DNA of 64,000 bases, taken from Faecousia sp. Lineage in GTDB: Bacteria > Bacillota > Clostridia > Oscillospirales > Oscillospiraceae. Within the stretch, counting starts at the first letter, position 1. Each line of letters starts with the position of its first letter. The position numbers and the translations under genes are program-made. Below the pieces are notes generated by a model. That model made no database searches, was not told where the DNA came from, and was given only the letters and a program-made list of their open reading frames with translations. The DNA lies in NCBI GenBank assembly GCA_045576415.1, contig JAZNGJ010000139.1, positions 50,007 to 114,006 on the forward strand. Direction: 5' to 3'. Below are positions 38,446 to 48,181 of the stretch, piece after piece.

Positions 38446-40269
38446 ATGAGCAATACATCAACAAAGAAAAAATTCAGCTTCGGCAAGCTGCTGATTTGGG
38501 CCATCGTCATATTCGTGGCGCTGCATATCTTCACAGACGGAGAATCTACAGATTCTCTGATGGAGCTGTTCCACCCCGATGAACCCGGCTATACGATCAC
38601 GGATCCTACATATGACAAAAAACCGCAGAATACCCTGCCGCAGCAGTCTGTATCCACTCCCTCTGTCAGCGTGCCTCCTGCAACCACACTTCCCGCTGCC
38701 CCCCAGCCGGATCGCCTGCCCTCCGTACCCGAAGAGCTTCGCGACCATGTGTATCTGGCTTACCGTGGAAAAGGTTATTGCGAAAAACTCACAGGCAAGG
38801 TAGTCGTTACTGTGATTTTCGTCAGCGACCCTGAAGGCACATGGTCCGAGACAGAAATCAACGAATCCAAAACAGAACTGCAATCCATTGCCGACCGAAT
38901 TTCCGCTGATGCCGCTAATTATGGCGCACAAGTGAGCATTTCCTTCTCATACAAAACTGTTTCTATCTCGGAAAGAATAGTAAACAACGTGACCGATGCA
39001 TGGATGGCTAGTGCATTATCTGCAGCCGGGCTGCCGGCACTCAGAGAAAGCAATCCCAAACTGGAATCCCTTTATGGCGTAGATGCCGCCCCGGTATGCT
39101 TTTTCGCCAACCATGGTGGCAGAGCTTTTGCATCCGGTTCTTATGGCAGTGAATATTCTATCATATATGACAACACCCACGCATTTTACCATGAGCTGAA
39201 TCATATTTTTGGCGCAAAGGACTTCTATTATCCAAAAGAAGTGAAAGAGTTTTCTAAAACCTATCTTCCCGACAGCATCATGGTAAGCTCCTCAAGCGGT
39301 GTAATGGACGATCTAACCGCTTATCTCATTGGTTGGACAGATACACTTTCTGACAATGCTTTAAGCTTTTTGAAATCGACCGCCTACCTGACAGCGGAAT
39401 ATCTGGAAGAAGAACACAAAAAAGAAACCTACACCGGCTATGTTACAGATTATACCTACGGCGGCGGAAGCTATACCGGTTATCTGGTCAACGGTGTACA
39501 CCACGGTAAAGGCAAATGGATCCGGGAAGATGGCACCGTTTGGGAAGGCACCTTTCATCACGGCAGTTTTACAGGAACCGGAAACTACATCTATGAATCA
39601 GGAGCTGTATATAACGGTCAATGGGTAAACAGCAAGCTGCACGGCAAGGGTACCATGACCTGGGCGGACGGCAATAAATATACCGGTGACTTTGTGGAAG
39701 GAAAACGCACCGGTCAGGGAACATGGACAGGTGCCACCGGCAACACATACACAGGCGGTTTCCTGAACGGAAACTTCCACGGGCAAGGCACATATAAATG
39801 GGCAGACGGCGGCAGCTACACCGGCGGATACGAAAACGGAAAACGCACCGGCCAAGGCACGATGGTGTATCAAGACGGTGCTGTATACAAAGGGCAATGG
39901 CTGAATGGCAATCGCCACGGTCAAGGTACATACACCGATACCAACGGATCCACATACGTGGGCCAGTGGGCTGATAATGTCAGAAGCGGTCAAGGTACCC
40001 TTTCTTACGCAAACGGCAATTCATATGTCGGCAGCTGGAGCAACAACACATGGAACGGTCAGGGCACCTTTACATGGACCAGCGGCGACAAATATATCGG
40101 TGCGTTTGTAGACGGTAAGCGCCATGGCTACGGCATCTATTACTATCCCTCCGGCAATCGGTACGAAGGTAACTGGGCCAACGGGGAAAGACACGGCCAA
40201 GGAACCATGTATTATGCAAACGGAACCTCAAAAACCGGCACCTGGGATAACGGTAAATACGTAGGATAA
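38446..40269 (+). CDS. Membrane-anchored zincin-like metallopeptidase with about 11 MORN repeats
   Basis: N-terminal TM, Pro/Thr linker, HELNHIFGAKD, YxGxWxNGxRHGQG repeats. Confidence 0.8.
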   Translation: MSNTSTKKKFSFGKLLIWAIVIFVALHIFTDGESTDSLMELFHPDEPGYTITDPTYDKKPQNTLPQQSVSTPSVSVPPATTLPAAPQPDRLPSVPEELRDHVYLAYRGKGYCEKLTGKVVVTVIFVSDPEGTWSETEINESKTELQSIADRISADAANYGAQVSISFSYKTVSISERIVNNVTDAWMASALSAAGLPALRESNPKLESLYGVDAAPVCFFANHGGRAFASGSYGSEYSIIYDNTHAFYHELNHIFGAKDFYYPKEVKEFSKTYLPDSIMVSSSSGVMDDLTAYLIGWTDTLSDNALSFLKSTAYLTAEYLEEEHKKETYTGYVTDYTYGGGSYTGYLVNGVHHGKGKWIREDGTVWEGTFHHGSFTGTGNYIYESGAVYNGQWVNSKLHGKGTMTWADGNKYTGDFVEGKRTGQGTWTGATGNTYTGGFLNGNFHGQGTYKWADGGSYTGGYENGKRTGQGTMVYQDGAVYKGQWLNGNRHGQGTYTDTNGSTYVGQWADNVRSGQGTLSYANGNSYVGSWSNNTWNGQGTFTWTSGDKYIGAFVDGKRHGYGIYYYPSGNRYEGNWANGERHGQGTMYYANGTSKTGTWDNGKYVG

Positions 40270-40270
40270 C

Positions 40271-40306
40271 AAAAGAGGAAGCAGCAAAAGCTGCTTCCTC
40301 TTTTTT
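40271..40306. terminator. Bidirectional terminator
   Basis: AAAAGAGGAAGCAGC-AAAA-GCTGCTTCCTCTTTT. Confidence 0.8.
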
Positions 40307-41510
40307 ATACATCCATAACTTCCTTCCGGTAAACGGCAATGCCCTTTGCCAGAATATCCATGGCTCGCTCCAACTTTTCCTTCTCCAAAACATAGGCGAT
40401 CCGAACCTCATTGACGCCCTTGCCCGGCGTTTCATAGAAGGGTGCGCCGGGGGCAAACATAACGGTATCGCCGTCATCATCAAAAAACTTCAGTAGCCAG
40501 CGCTGGAACTTATCCGCGTCATCCACCGGAAGGCTTGCCATCACATAGAATGCGCCCATAGGCTCTTCCACCATCACACCGGGGATCGCACGAAGCTTCT
40601 GTACTACGGTATCTCTGCGCTCCCGGTAAACAGCCTTTGAATCCCGGAAAAACTGATGATCCACACTGTAAAGTGCCGCTGCGCCAATCTGGTCAATAGT
40701 CGCAACGGACAGACGGGACTGGCAGAATTTCAGCAGTGCCTGCTGCAGTTCCTTATTCTTAGTCACAACACAACCCACACGGGCGCCGCAGGCAGAAAAA
40801 CGCTTGGAGACCGAGTCGATCAGCACCAGATTGTCATCAATATCATCGAAGTGCGCCATGCTGGGCACGCCAAACTTATCATCGTAGCAGAACTCACGGT
40901 ATACCTCATCACAGATCAAAAACAGATCGTGCTTTTTGGCGATATCCGCGATCATCCGCATCTCGCTTTTGTTCAGAACAACACCGGTGGGATTGCCGGG
41001 ATTGGTAATGAGGATCGCCCGGGTATTCTGGGTGATCAAGCTTTCAATACGCTTTCTGTCCGCATAGCGGTAGCCTTCCTCAGGGCTGGTGGGCAGTGCG
41101 CGGATCCGGCCGCCTGCCGCATGTACAAAGGTGGTATAGTTCGGGTAGTAGGGCTCCGGGACAATGACTTCGGTATAGGGATCCAAAATGCTCAGGCAGG
41201 TCAGAAGCAGTGCTTCGCTGCCGCCGGTGGTAACCAGAATATCACTGGTATCCAGAGAGACACCGATCTTTTTGTAATACTTGCGAATCGCCTCAATCAG
41301 CACTGGGGCACCGGGCGACTCTGCGTAAGCCAGTGTGCTGGCATCAAACTGACGGACGGCGTCATAATACGCCTGGGGCGTTGCGATATCCGGCTGACCG
41401 ATGTTCAGATGGTATATCGTTTTCCCCTCTCTTTTCGCCTGCACCGCCAGAGGATGGAACTTCCGCATAGGGGACGGTTCGCAGCGGTTTGCATTGATGG
41501 AAACTTTCAT
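40305..41510 (-). CDS. PLP-dependent class I/II aminotransferase (AspAT-like)
   Basis: LNIGQPD, NPGNPTG, DEVYREF, SVSKRFSACGARVG; RBS GGAGGT before ATG 41510. Confidence 0.92.
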   Translation of the reverse strand: MKVSINANRCEPSPMRKFHPLAVQAKREGKTIYHLNIGQPDIATPQAYYDAVRQFDASTLAYAESPGAPVLIEAIRKYYKKIGVSLDTSDILVTTGGSEALLLTCLSILDPYTEVIVPEPYYPNYTTFVHAAGGRIRALPTSPEEGYRYADRKRIESLITQNTRAILITNPGNPTGVVLNKSEMRMIADIAKKHDLFLICDEVYREFCYDDKFGVPSMAHFDDIDDNLVLIDSVSKRFSACGARVGCVVTKNKELQQALLKFCQSRLSVATIDQIGAAALYSVDHQFFRDSKAVYRERRDTVVQKLRAIPGVMVEEPMGAFYVMASLPVDDADKFQRWLLKFFDDDGDTVMFAPGAPFYETPGKGVNEVRIAYVLEKEKLERAMDILAKGIAVYRKEVMDV

Positions 41511-42897
41511 ATTTACCTCCTTCGGCCCGTTTTCGAGCCGACATACATTGATATTCTTTCGTAAGCCGTACAAGCTCCGGACTCAAAACCGCCAGAGCAA
41601 TGAGATTAGGGATCGCCATCAAACCATTCACGGTTTCCGACAGCAGCCAGACTGTTTGCGTTTTCAGCACAGCACCCAGCACCACGGTAATTGCCTGCAG
41701 CAGGACAAAGCGTTTCCACACATTTTGTCCAAACAGGTATTGGGCACACCGGGCGCCGTACAATCCCCAACCCAAAACCGTCGCAATGGCAAAGCAGCAC
41801 AGGGCGGCAGCAATCACCACAGAAACCCAATCGCCATACACGGAGGAAAACGCGCTGGAGGTAAGACTCACGCCTACGTCCTCTCCGTAAGGAACAGAAA
41901 CACCGCTGACCAGGATCACCAGCGCGGTCATGGTGCAGATCACGATGGTATCCAGAAATACTTCCATGATCCCCAGCAGCCCCTGCTCCACAGGATGCTT
42001 CACATTAGCCGCTGCATGGGCAATGGATGCCGTTCCCATGCCGGCTTCGTTGGTAAAAACACCTCTGGATACCCCGATCCGAAGGGTCACAAAAGCAGAG
42101 CCAATCGCACCGCCGGTAACTGCCCGGGGAGAAAAAGCGCCTTCCATAATCGCTGCCAGTGCCGGCAGGATCTGATTCGCTTTAGCGATCAAGACCCCAA
42201 AGCCCAGCAAAAGATACAGCACAGAAGCATACGGAACCAGCTGCTCCGCCAGATGGCCGATCCGGCCCATGCCGCCCATTAGGATCGACGCGATCAAGGC
42301 AGCCAGCAAAACACCCAGCAGCAGATTGCCAAGCACGGTTTCCTGTCCGCCAAATGCAACCACCGCTTCATTGATCCCGGTTACGACCGCATTGATCTGC
42401 GTGGCATTTCCCACGCCAAAGGCTGCCACCACGCCGAAAAAGCTATAAAGGCCTGCCAATGGTGCCCACGGCTTTTTCATGCCGTTTCGGATCATGTACA
42501 TAGGGCCGCCGACCAGTTCTCCCCCGGCATCTCTCTGCCGGTAGCGGACAGAGAGCGTTGCCTCGGCAAACTTGGTGGCCATACCAAAAAGCGCGCAGAT
42601 CCACATCCAGAAGATCGAACCCGGCCCGCCGATGGCAATGGCACCGGCCACACCGGCAATATTTCCGGTCCCGACCGTTGCAGCCAAAGCTGTACACAGT
42701 GCCTGGAATGGGGAAACCGTGCCCGGTTCCCTTTTTCTTCCACTTAGTTTTCCGATAAATGTTCGCAAAGCCTCCGGAAACAGGGTGAACTGCGGAAGCT
42801 TTGCCCGAACGCTCAAGTAAATGCCAATTCCCAGAATCAGAAAGAGTGCCGGAAATCCCCAAACAAAGCTGTTAATGATCTCTAAGGCTTTGGTCAT
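41362..42897 (-). CDS. Alanine/glycine:cation symporter (AGCS)
   Basis: LAATVGTGNIAGVA, GGPGSIFWMW, NEAGMGT, MAIPNLIA. Confidence 0.92.
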   Translation of the reverse strand: MTKALEIINSFVWGFPALFLILGIGIYLSVRAKLPQFTLFPEALRTFIGKLSGRKREPGTVSPFQALCTALAATVGTGNIAGVAGAIAIGGPGSIFWMWICALFGMATKFAEATLSVRYRQRDAGGELVGGPMYMIRNGMKKPWAPLAGLYSFFGVVAAFGVGNATQINAVVTGINEAVVAFGGQETVLGNLLLGVLLAALIASILMGGMGRIGHLAEQLVPYASVLYLLLGFGVLIAKANQILPALAAIMEGAFSPRAVTGGAIGSAFVTLRIGVSRGVFTNEAGMGTASIAHAAANVKHPVEQGLLGIMEVFLDTIVICTMTALVILVSGVSVPYGEDVGVSLTSSAFSSVYGDWVSVVIAAALCCFAIATVLGWGLYGARCAQYLFGQNVWKRFVLLQAITVVLGAVLKTQTVWLLSETVNGLMAIPNLIALAVLSPELVRLTKEYQCMSARKRAEGGKYESFHQCKPLRTVPYAEVPSSGGAGEKRGENDIPSEHRSAGYRNAPGVL

Positions 42898-42994
42898 AAT
42901 ACCCTCCTAGCATATCACATTTTTGTGCATATTGCAATAAGCAATATCCATCATCAAAAAAGCAGCTTCCCCTTTCGGAGAAACTGCTTTTGTG

Positions 42995-43336
42995 TTATTC
43001 CCATGTGGCCCAGATTTCCGGGCAGTAGCCAACCGTTGCGTTTTTCCCGTTGCGGACGATGGGCGTTTTCATCAAGGCCGGATTATCAAATACCTTGTCC
43101 TCTTTGGCGGTCTTATCGTCCATATACTTCATCAGCGTCACATCCGGGTCCTTACTGTTCCAGTCGATCAGATTGTCGATCCCGCCGACTGCACGCAGGA
43201 CACTGTCAAATTCCTTTCCGGAAAGGCCGAACCGCAGCAAGTCCACTGACTGGTACTTGACCCTGCGCTCTTTAAACCAGCGTTCTGCTTTCTTGGTATC
43301 AAAGCATTTGCTCTTCCCAAAGATTTGAATATTCAA
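42995..43336 (-). CDS. ArsC/Spx-like family protein
   Basis: TTG start after GGAGGTGA; IQIFGKSKCFDTKKAERWF, KTPIVRNG. Confidence 0.85.
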   Translation of the reverse strand: MNIQIFGKSKCFDTKKAERWFKERRVKYQSVDLLRFGLSGKEFDSVLRAVGGIDNLIDWNSKDPDVTLMKYMDDKTAKEDKVFDNPALMKTPIVRNGKNATVGYCPEIWATWE

Positions 43337-44067
43337 TATGTCACCTCCATCAGGCACAGCCCCTGTGCCGGAACCAGATAACCGGCCTTTTCTCTGGCTG
43401 CGCCAAAGAGCTGCGGGATAGAATCGGCGCTGCGCTGCCCCAATCCCACCTCCAGCAATGTGCCGACCATGATCCGCACCATGTTGTAAAGAAATCCGTT
43501 TCCGGTAACGCTAATGCGGATCTCTTCGCCGATCCGTTCAATGGCAATGGCATCGATTCGCCGGACTGTTGATTTTTTCATTTTCTTATTGGCGCAGAAA
43601 GCGGAAAAATCATGCTCGCCCAAGAGCATTTCCGCCGCCCGGCGCATCTTGTCCAGATCCGGAACATCTTCCATCACATAAACAAACCGCCGCTGAAAAA
43701 CGCAGGGCTTATCCGAATTCCAGATGCGGTAGCAGTAAGTTTTGCTTTTCGCATTCAGCCGGGCATGGAATCGATCAGACACTTCTCTGCAGGAGTATAT
43801 GCCGATATCCTCCGGCAAATACCGCCGCAGTTCCGATAAGAGCTGCTCGCAGGGCATATCGCAGGCGCAGCGGAAATTCGCCACCTGTCCCTGGGCGTGG
43901 GCACCGGCATCCGTCCGGCCGCTGCCGGAAACCTCTACCGTTTCTCCGAGAATGCGTGAAAGCGCTGTTTCCAGTTTTCCCTGTATGGTATTGTCCATGC
44001 CGGGCAGGCGCTGCCAGCCCCGGTACCGGGTGCCGTCATAGCAAATATCAAGCCGCAGATTCCGCAT
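43333..44067 (-). CDS. truA: tRNA pseudouridine(38-40) synthase
   Basis: YDGTRYRGWQ, GSGRTDAGAHA, GFLYNMVR. Confidence 0.95.
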   Translation of the reverse strand: MRNLRLDICYDGTRYRGWQRLPGMDNTIQGKLETALSRILGETVEVSGSGRTDAGAHAQGQVANFRCACDMPCEQLLSELRRYLPEDIGIYSCREVSDRFHARLNAKSKTYCYRIWNSDKPCVFQRRFVYVMEDVPDLDKMRRAAEMLLGEHDFSAFCANKKMKKSTVRRIDAIAIERIGEEIRISVTGNGFLYNMVRIMVGTLLEVGLGQRSADSIPQLFGAAREKAGYLVPAQGLCLMEVTY

Positions 44068-44176
44068 ATTCTTCCAGTTCCTCTCTTGCTTCCCGCTCCG
44101 TATCGGCGGAGAACAGGAAGTTTCCCTTGTTATCATATACCTGAATGTGTCCGTGAACGTTGCGCATAGAATACAT
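44048..44176 (-). CDS. 42-aa small protein MYSMRNVHGHIQVYDNKGNFLFSADTEREAREELEEYAESAA
   Basis: RBS AAGGAGTGA; stop overlaps the truA start; below the ORF-track size cutoff. Confidence 0.65.
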   Translation of the reverse strand: MYSMRNVHGHIQVYDNKGNFLFSADTEREAREELEEYAESAA

Positions 44177-44239
44177 AGCAGTCACTCCTTTTCGTTTCTG
44201 CCTGTATTCTAGCGCACCAAAAGTCCAATATTTAGGACT

Positions 44240-46714
44240 TTATCCAACTACCTCATAGCCGGCATCCGTGATGGCTTTCTTCAGCGCTTCCACGGCTGCA
44301 TCGCCGGTAACCGTCACATTCTTCGCCTGCAGATCCACTACTGCATCCACAGTTCCGGGGATGGCCTTACACACCTGCTCCACTCTTGCCTTGCAGTGAG
44401 GGCACATCATGCCTTCTACCTTGATAACTGTTGTCATACTTTTTTCCTCCTTGATAACTTCTTTTATTTTTTGTGCAGACTGCAGTTCGGGCTTGAACCG
44501 CTGCAAACGCAGTGCGTTGCTTACAACAAAAACAGAGCTTAGGCTCATAGCCGCTGCACCGATCATGGGGCTCAGCTGAATGCCGAACGGAAGAAACAGC
44601 ACGCCTGCCGCAATGGGGATTCCCAAACAATTATAGAAAAACGCCCAGAAAAGATTCTGCCGAATATTGCGGATCGTCGCCTTACTCAGCTTTACCGCAT
44701 TGGCAACACCGCTCAGCGAGCCGGACATCAGCACCACATCCGCAGACTCCATGGCAATATCCGTGCCGGCTCCAATGGCCATGCCTACATCCGCCGTGAC
44801 CAGCGCAGGGGCATCATTGATACCGTCGCCGACCATCAGAACACGCTTTCCCTGCCCCTGCAGTTTCTTTACCGCATTGGCCTTATCACCGGGGAGAACA
44901 TCCGCGATCACCCGATCGATGCCCGCCTTTTGGGCGATGGCCCTTGCCGTCTTTTCATTATCACCGGTGAGCATGACCACGGACAAATGCTGCCGCTTCA
45001 TAGCCGCAACCGCATCCGCAGAATCCTCCTTCAGCACATCCGCAGCAGCAATGGCGCCCAGATAGCGCCCGGTTGCATCCGCAAAATACAGCGGCGTTTT
45101 CCCCTGCTCCGAAAGCTGGGGATAATTGGGAACCGTTACGCCCTGTTCCTCCATCAGCCGGCGGTTGCCGCCATAGCAGCGAATGCCGCCCACCGTTCCT
45201 GACACACCTCTGCCCGGGAGCGTTTCAAATGCTTCCGCTTCCCCGAAGGAAATGTCCTTTGCTTTTTCCAAAATCGCCTTGGCGAAAGGATGCTCCGACC
45301 GACTTTCCAGAGACGCTGCCACAGAAATCAGCTCACTTTCCTGCATCGCGCCGGGCAAAATATCCGTTACCGCAGGCTTTCCGGTCGTCAGCGTACCGGT
45401 CTTATCCAGCACCACCGTATCCACACTGTGCAAATGCTCCAATGCTGCGCCGTTTTTAAACAGAACACCCATGGATGCACCCTTACCGGTGCCCACCATG
45501 ATCGCCACAGGGGTCGCAAGGCCCAACGCGCAGGGGCAAGATATGACCAGAACGGAGATGGCAGAAGTAAGGGAAAATTCCAGGCCCTGGCCTGCCATCA
45601 TCCAGACCCCGAAGGTCACCAGCGCGATCCCCATGACTACCGGTACAAACACGCCGGCAATTTTATCCGCCAGCCGGGCGATAGGAGCCTTGGAGCCGCC
45701 GGCTTCCTCCACCATGCGGATCACCTGCTGCAGAGTGGTATCCTCCCCCACCTTCTCCGCGCGGAAGCGGATATACCCCTCCGTATTGATGGTGGCAGCA
45801 GCCACAGAATCTCCCGACTGCACTTCCACCGGAACGCTTTCGCCGGTCAGGGCACTCTGATCGACAGAAGCTCTCCCTTCGATTACAGTGCCATCCACAG
45901 GAATTCTGCCGCCGGAACGGACAACCACGATATCGCCTACCCGAACCTGATCCGCAGGAACAGTCACCTCAGCACCCTCGCGCAGAACGACCGCTGTTTC
46001 CGGACGCAGATCCATCAGCGCCCGAATAGAATCGCCGGTCTTGCCCTTTGCCCGGGTCTCCAGGAACTTGCCCAGTGTGATCAGTGTCAGGATCATGGCT
46101 GCGGACTCAAAATAGAGATTCTCGCTGTAAAACTGCACCGTGTCCCAGTCACCATGACCCATAGCGTAAGCCATGCGGAACAATGCTGCAATACCGTAGA
46201 CCAGCGCCGCACCGGAGCCCACGGCGATCAAGCTGTCCATATTGGGACTGCGGTGCCATAGGGATTTCAGTCCCCTGCTGTAGTATACTCTGTTCAGGAA
46301 CACCGCAGGAAGGGTCAAAAACAGCTGCAAAAGTCCGGCAACCAGCGCATTTTCCTTTCCATGGTACCAGTGCGGTACAGGCAGGCCCACCATGTGGCCC
46401 ATGGTAAAGTACATCAAAACAGCAAGGAACACCGCAGAGCCGATGATCCGCTTTTTCATTTCTTTCAATCCGTTATCCGGCTGCTCCGGCGCAGCAGCTT
46501 TCTTTTCGCCGGCGAGAGAGGTGCCGTAGCCGGCGTTTTGCACCGCTGAGATAATCTGTTGTGAAACCGCTTCCGACTTTGCCTCCACCACCATACTGCC
46601 GCCCAGCAGATTTACTTCCACAGTTTCCACATCCGCTACCGCTTTTGTGACCTTTTCCACCCGGGCCGAGCAGGCCGCACAGGTCATTCCGGTAACCGTA
46701 AATTTCAGTTTCAT
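44240..46714 (-). CDS. copA: Cu(I)-translocating P1B ATPase
   Basis: GMTCAAC, TGES, CPC, DKTGT, GDGIND, YN and MSLSS; C-terminal GMMCPHC HMA domain. Confidence 0.93.
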   Translation of the reverse strand: MKLKFTVTGMTCAACSARVEKVTKAVADVETVEVNLLGGSMVVEAKSEAVSQQIISAVQNAGYGTSLAGEKKAAAPEQPDNGLKEMKKRIIGSAVFLAVLMYFTMGHMVGLPVPHWYHGKENALVAGLLQLFLTLPAVFLNRVYYSRGLKSLWHRSPNMDSLIAVGSGAALVYGIAALFRMAYAMGHGDWDTVQFYSENLYFESAAMILTLITLGKFLETRAKGKTGDSIRALMDLRPETAVVLREGAEVTVPADQVRVGDIVVVRSGGRIPVDGTVIEGRASVDQSALTGESVPVEVQSGDSVAAATINTEGYIRFRAEKVGEDTTLQQVIRMVEEAGGSKAPIARLADKIAGVFVPVVMGIALVTFGVWMMAGQGLEFSLTSAISVLVISCPCALGLATPVAIMVGTGKGASMGVLFKNGAALEHLHSVDTVVLDKTGTLTTGKPAVTDILPGAMQESELISVAASLESRSEHPFAKAILEKAKDISFGEAEAFETLPGRGVSGTVGGIRCYGGNRRLMEEQGVTVPNYPQLSEQGKTPLYFADATGRYLGAIAAADVLKEDSADAVAAMKRQHLSVVMLTGDNEKTARAIAQKAGIDRVIADVLPGDKANAVKKLQGQGKRVLMVGDGINDAPALVTADVGMAIGAGTDIAMESADVVLMSGSLSGVANAVKLSKATIRNIRQNLFWAFFYNCLGIPIAAGVLFLPFGIQLSPMIGAAAMSLSSVFVVSNALRLQRFKPELQSAQKIKEVIKEEKSMTTVIKVEGMMCPHCKARVEQVCKAIPGTVDAVVDLQAKNVTVTGDAAVEALKKAITDAGYEVVG

Positions 46715-46796
46715 CTTTTTCCCTCCTAAAAATGGGATGATATTGACAGATTTCTTTCTTTATGATACCATTCTACCATGTAATTCAAAAATCGCA

Positions 46797-46821
46797 AGTA
46801 TGCACATTTTAGTGCATTACT
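46797..46821. promoter_or_regulatory. Dyad operator between copA and the HxlR gene
   Basis: AGT-ATGCAC-ATTTTA-GTGCAT-TACT. Confidence 0.6.
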
Positions 46822-46848
46822 ATCCTTTTGGATACTATGGAGGTGCCT

Positions 46849-47217
46849 ATGCAAAAAACCGACCGCTGCCCGGTGGAAGCAACATTGGAGCTCATCGGCG
46901 GCAAATACAAAGCGCTGATCCTTTGGCATCTTTCCGGCGGCAAGCTTCGCTTTAACGAGCTTCACAAGCTGATTAAAGGAGCAACTCCCAAAATGCTGAC
47001 CCAGCAGCTTCGGGAGCTGGAATCCTCAAAGCTGATCCACCGGCAGGTGTACCCCATCATACCGCCGAAGGTGGAATACTCCCTGACGGAGCTTGGCCGC
47101 AGCTTGATGCCGATTCTTGCTGCCATGCGGGACTGGGGCGCGGATTATCTAAAATCCAAGAACATGGAATCTTCCTGCTTCATGATGAATATGGAACCCC
47201 TGCCCCAGACAAACTGA
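46849..47217 (+). CDS. HxlR/DUF24 winged-helix regulator
   Basis: CPVEATLELIGGKYK, LTQQLRELE, PPKVEYSLT. Confidence 0.92.
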   Translation: MQKTDRCPVEATLELIGGKYKALILWHLSGGKLRFNELHKLIKGATPKMLTQQLRELESSKLIHRQVYPIIPPKVEYSLTELGRSLMPILAAMRDWGADYLKSKNMESSCFMMNMEPLPQTN

Positions 47218-47235
47218 TGATTAAGGAGAATGAAT

Positions 47236-48078
47236 ATGAAAATCAAAATTCTGTCCGACAGTACCTGTGACCTTTCCCCCGAACTGCTGGAGAAGCACGA
47301 TATTTCCCTGTCCAGTCTGACCGTTATCAAAGACGGTAAGGAATTCAAGGATGGTCTTACCATTACCCCCGATGACATTTTTGCGCATGTGGCCGCGGGC
47401 GGCGACCTGTGCTCCACCACTGCTTATAACATCGGCGAATACGCTGAGCATTTTGAAACCTATTCCGGCGATTATGACGGCGTGATCCAGATCTGTATCG
47501 GCTCCGGTTTTTCTTCCTCTTATCAATACGCCTGCATTGCGGCGCAGGATTATCCCAATGTACGCGTGATTGATTCCATGAATCTGTCCACAGGCCAGGG
47601 CCATGTGGTGCTGGAAGCCTGCCGCCTTGCCAAAACCTGTGAAAGCCTGGATGAGATCGCAGAAAAGCTGAATGCCTTCACCCCCCGGGTAGAAGCCAGC
47701 TTCCTGCTGGATCAACTGAAGTACATGGTCAAGGGTGGCCGCTGCTCCGCCGCCGCCGCACTGGGCGCAAACCTGCTGAATCTGAAGCCCTGCATCGAAG
47801 TCAGAGATGGCAAGATGAGCGTTGTAAAAAAGTATCGCGGCAGCTATGCCAAGTGCCTTGCCAACTATGTCAAGGACCGCCTTGCCGACCGTGAGGATAT
47901 CGTCCGAAGCGAACTGTTCCTCACTTACACCCCCGTTACCGACGACTGCCTTGCCGCCGTTAAGGAAGCCATCGCCGCCTACGGCAATTTCGATACTGTC
48001 TACGAGACCACCGCAGGCTGTACCGTCTCCTGCCACTGCGGCCCCGGAACACTGGGTGTGCTGTTTGTCAGAAAGTAA
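47236..48078 (+). CDS. DegV family fatty-acid-binding protein
   Basis: SDSTCDL, DSMNLSTG, KGGRCS, HCGPG. Confidence 0.93.
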   Translation: MKIKILSDSTCDLSPELLEKHDISLSSLTVIKDGKEFKDGLTITPDDIFAHVAAGGDLCSTTAYNIGEYAEHFETYSGDYDGVIQICIGSGFSSSYQYACIAAQDYPNVRVIDSMNLSTGQGHVVLEACRLAKTCESLDEIAEKLNAFTPRVEASFLLDQLKYMVKGGRCSAAAALGANLLNLKPCIEVRDGKMSVVKKYRGSYAKCLANYVKDRLADREDIVRSELFLTYTPVTDDCLAAVKEAIAAYGNFDTVYETTAGCTVSCHCGPGTLGVLFVRK

Positions 48079-48181
48079 CCTTTCCGTTTCCGCCGGTTTA
48101 CCCGGCGGAAGTTTTTCTTGTATTTCTTTTCCCTTGTGGTATACTGAATTGCAGAAATTGAACCTTTGGGAGGACTCTTTT

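Noticed and set aside
39470-40260. Periodic 69-bp repeats resembling an array
   Set aside because: Degenerate in-frame MORN coding repeats, not CRISPR
47846-48181. N-terminal extension of the ThrE ORF overlapping degV
   Set aside because: The real start is the ATG at 48182, with RBS GGGAGG and its own promoter
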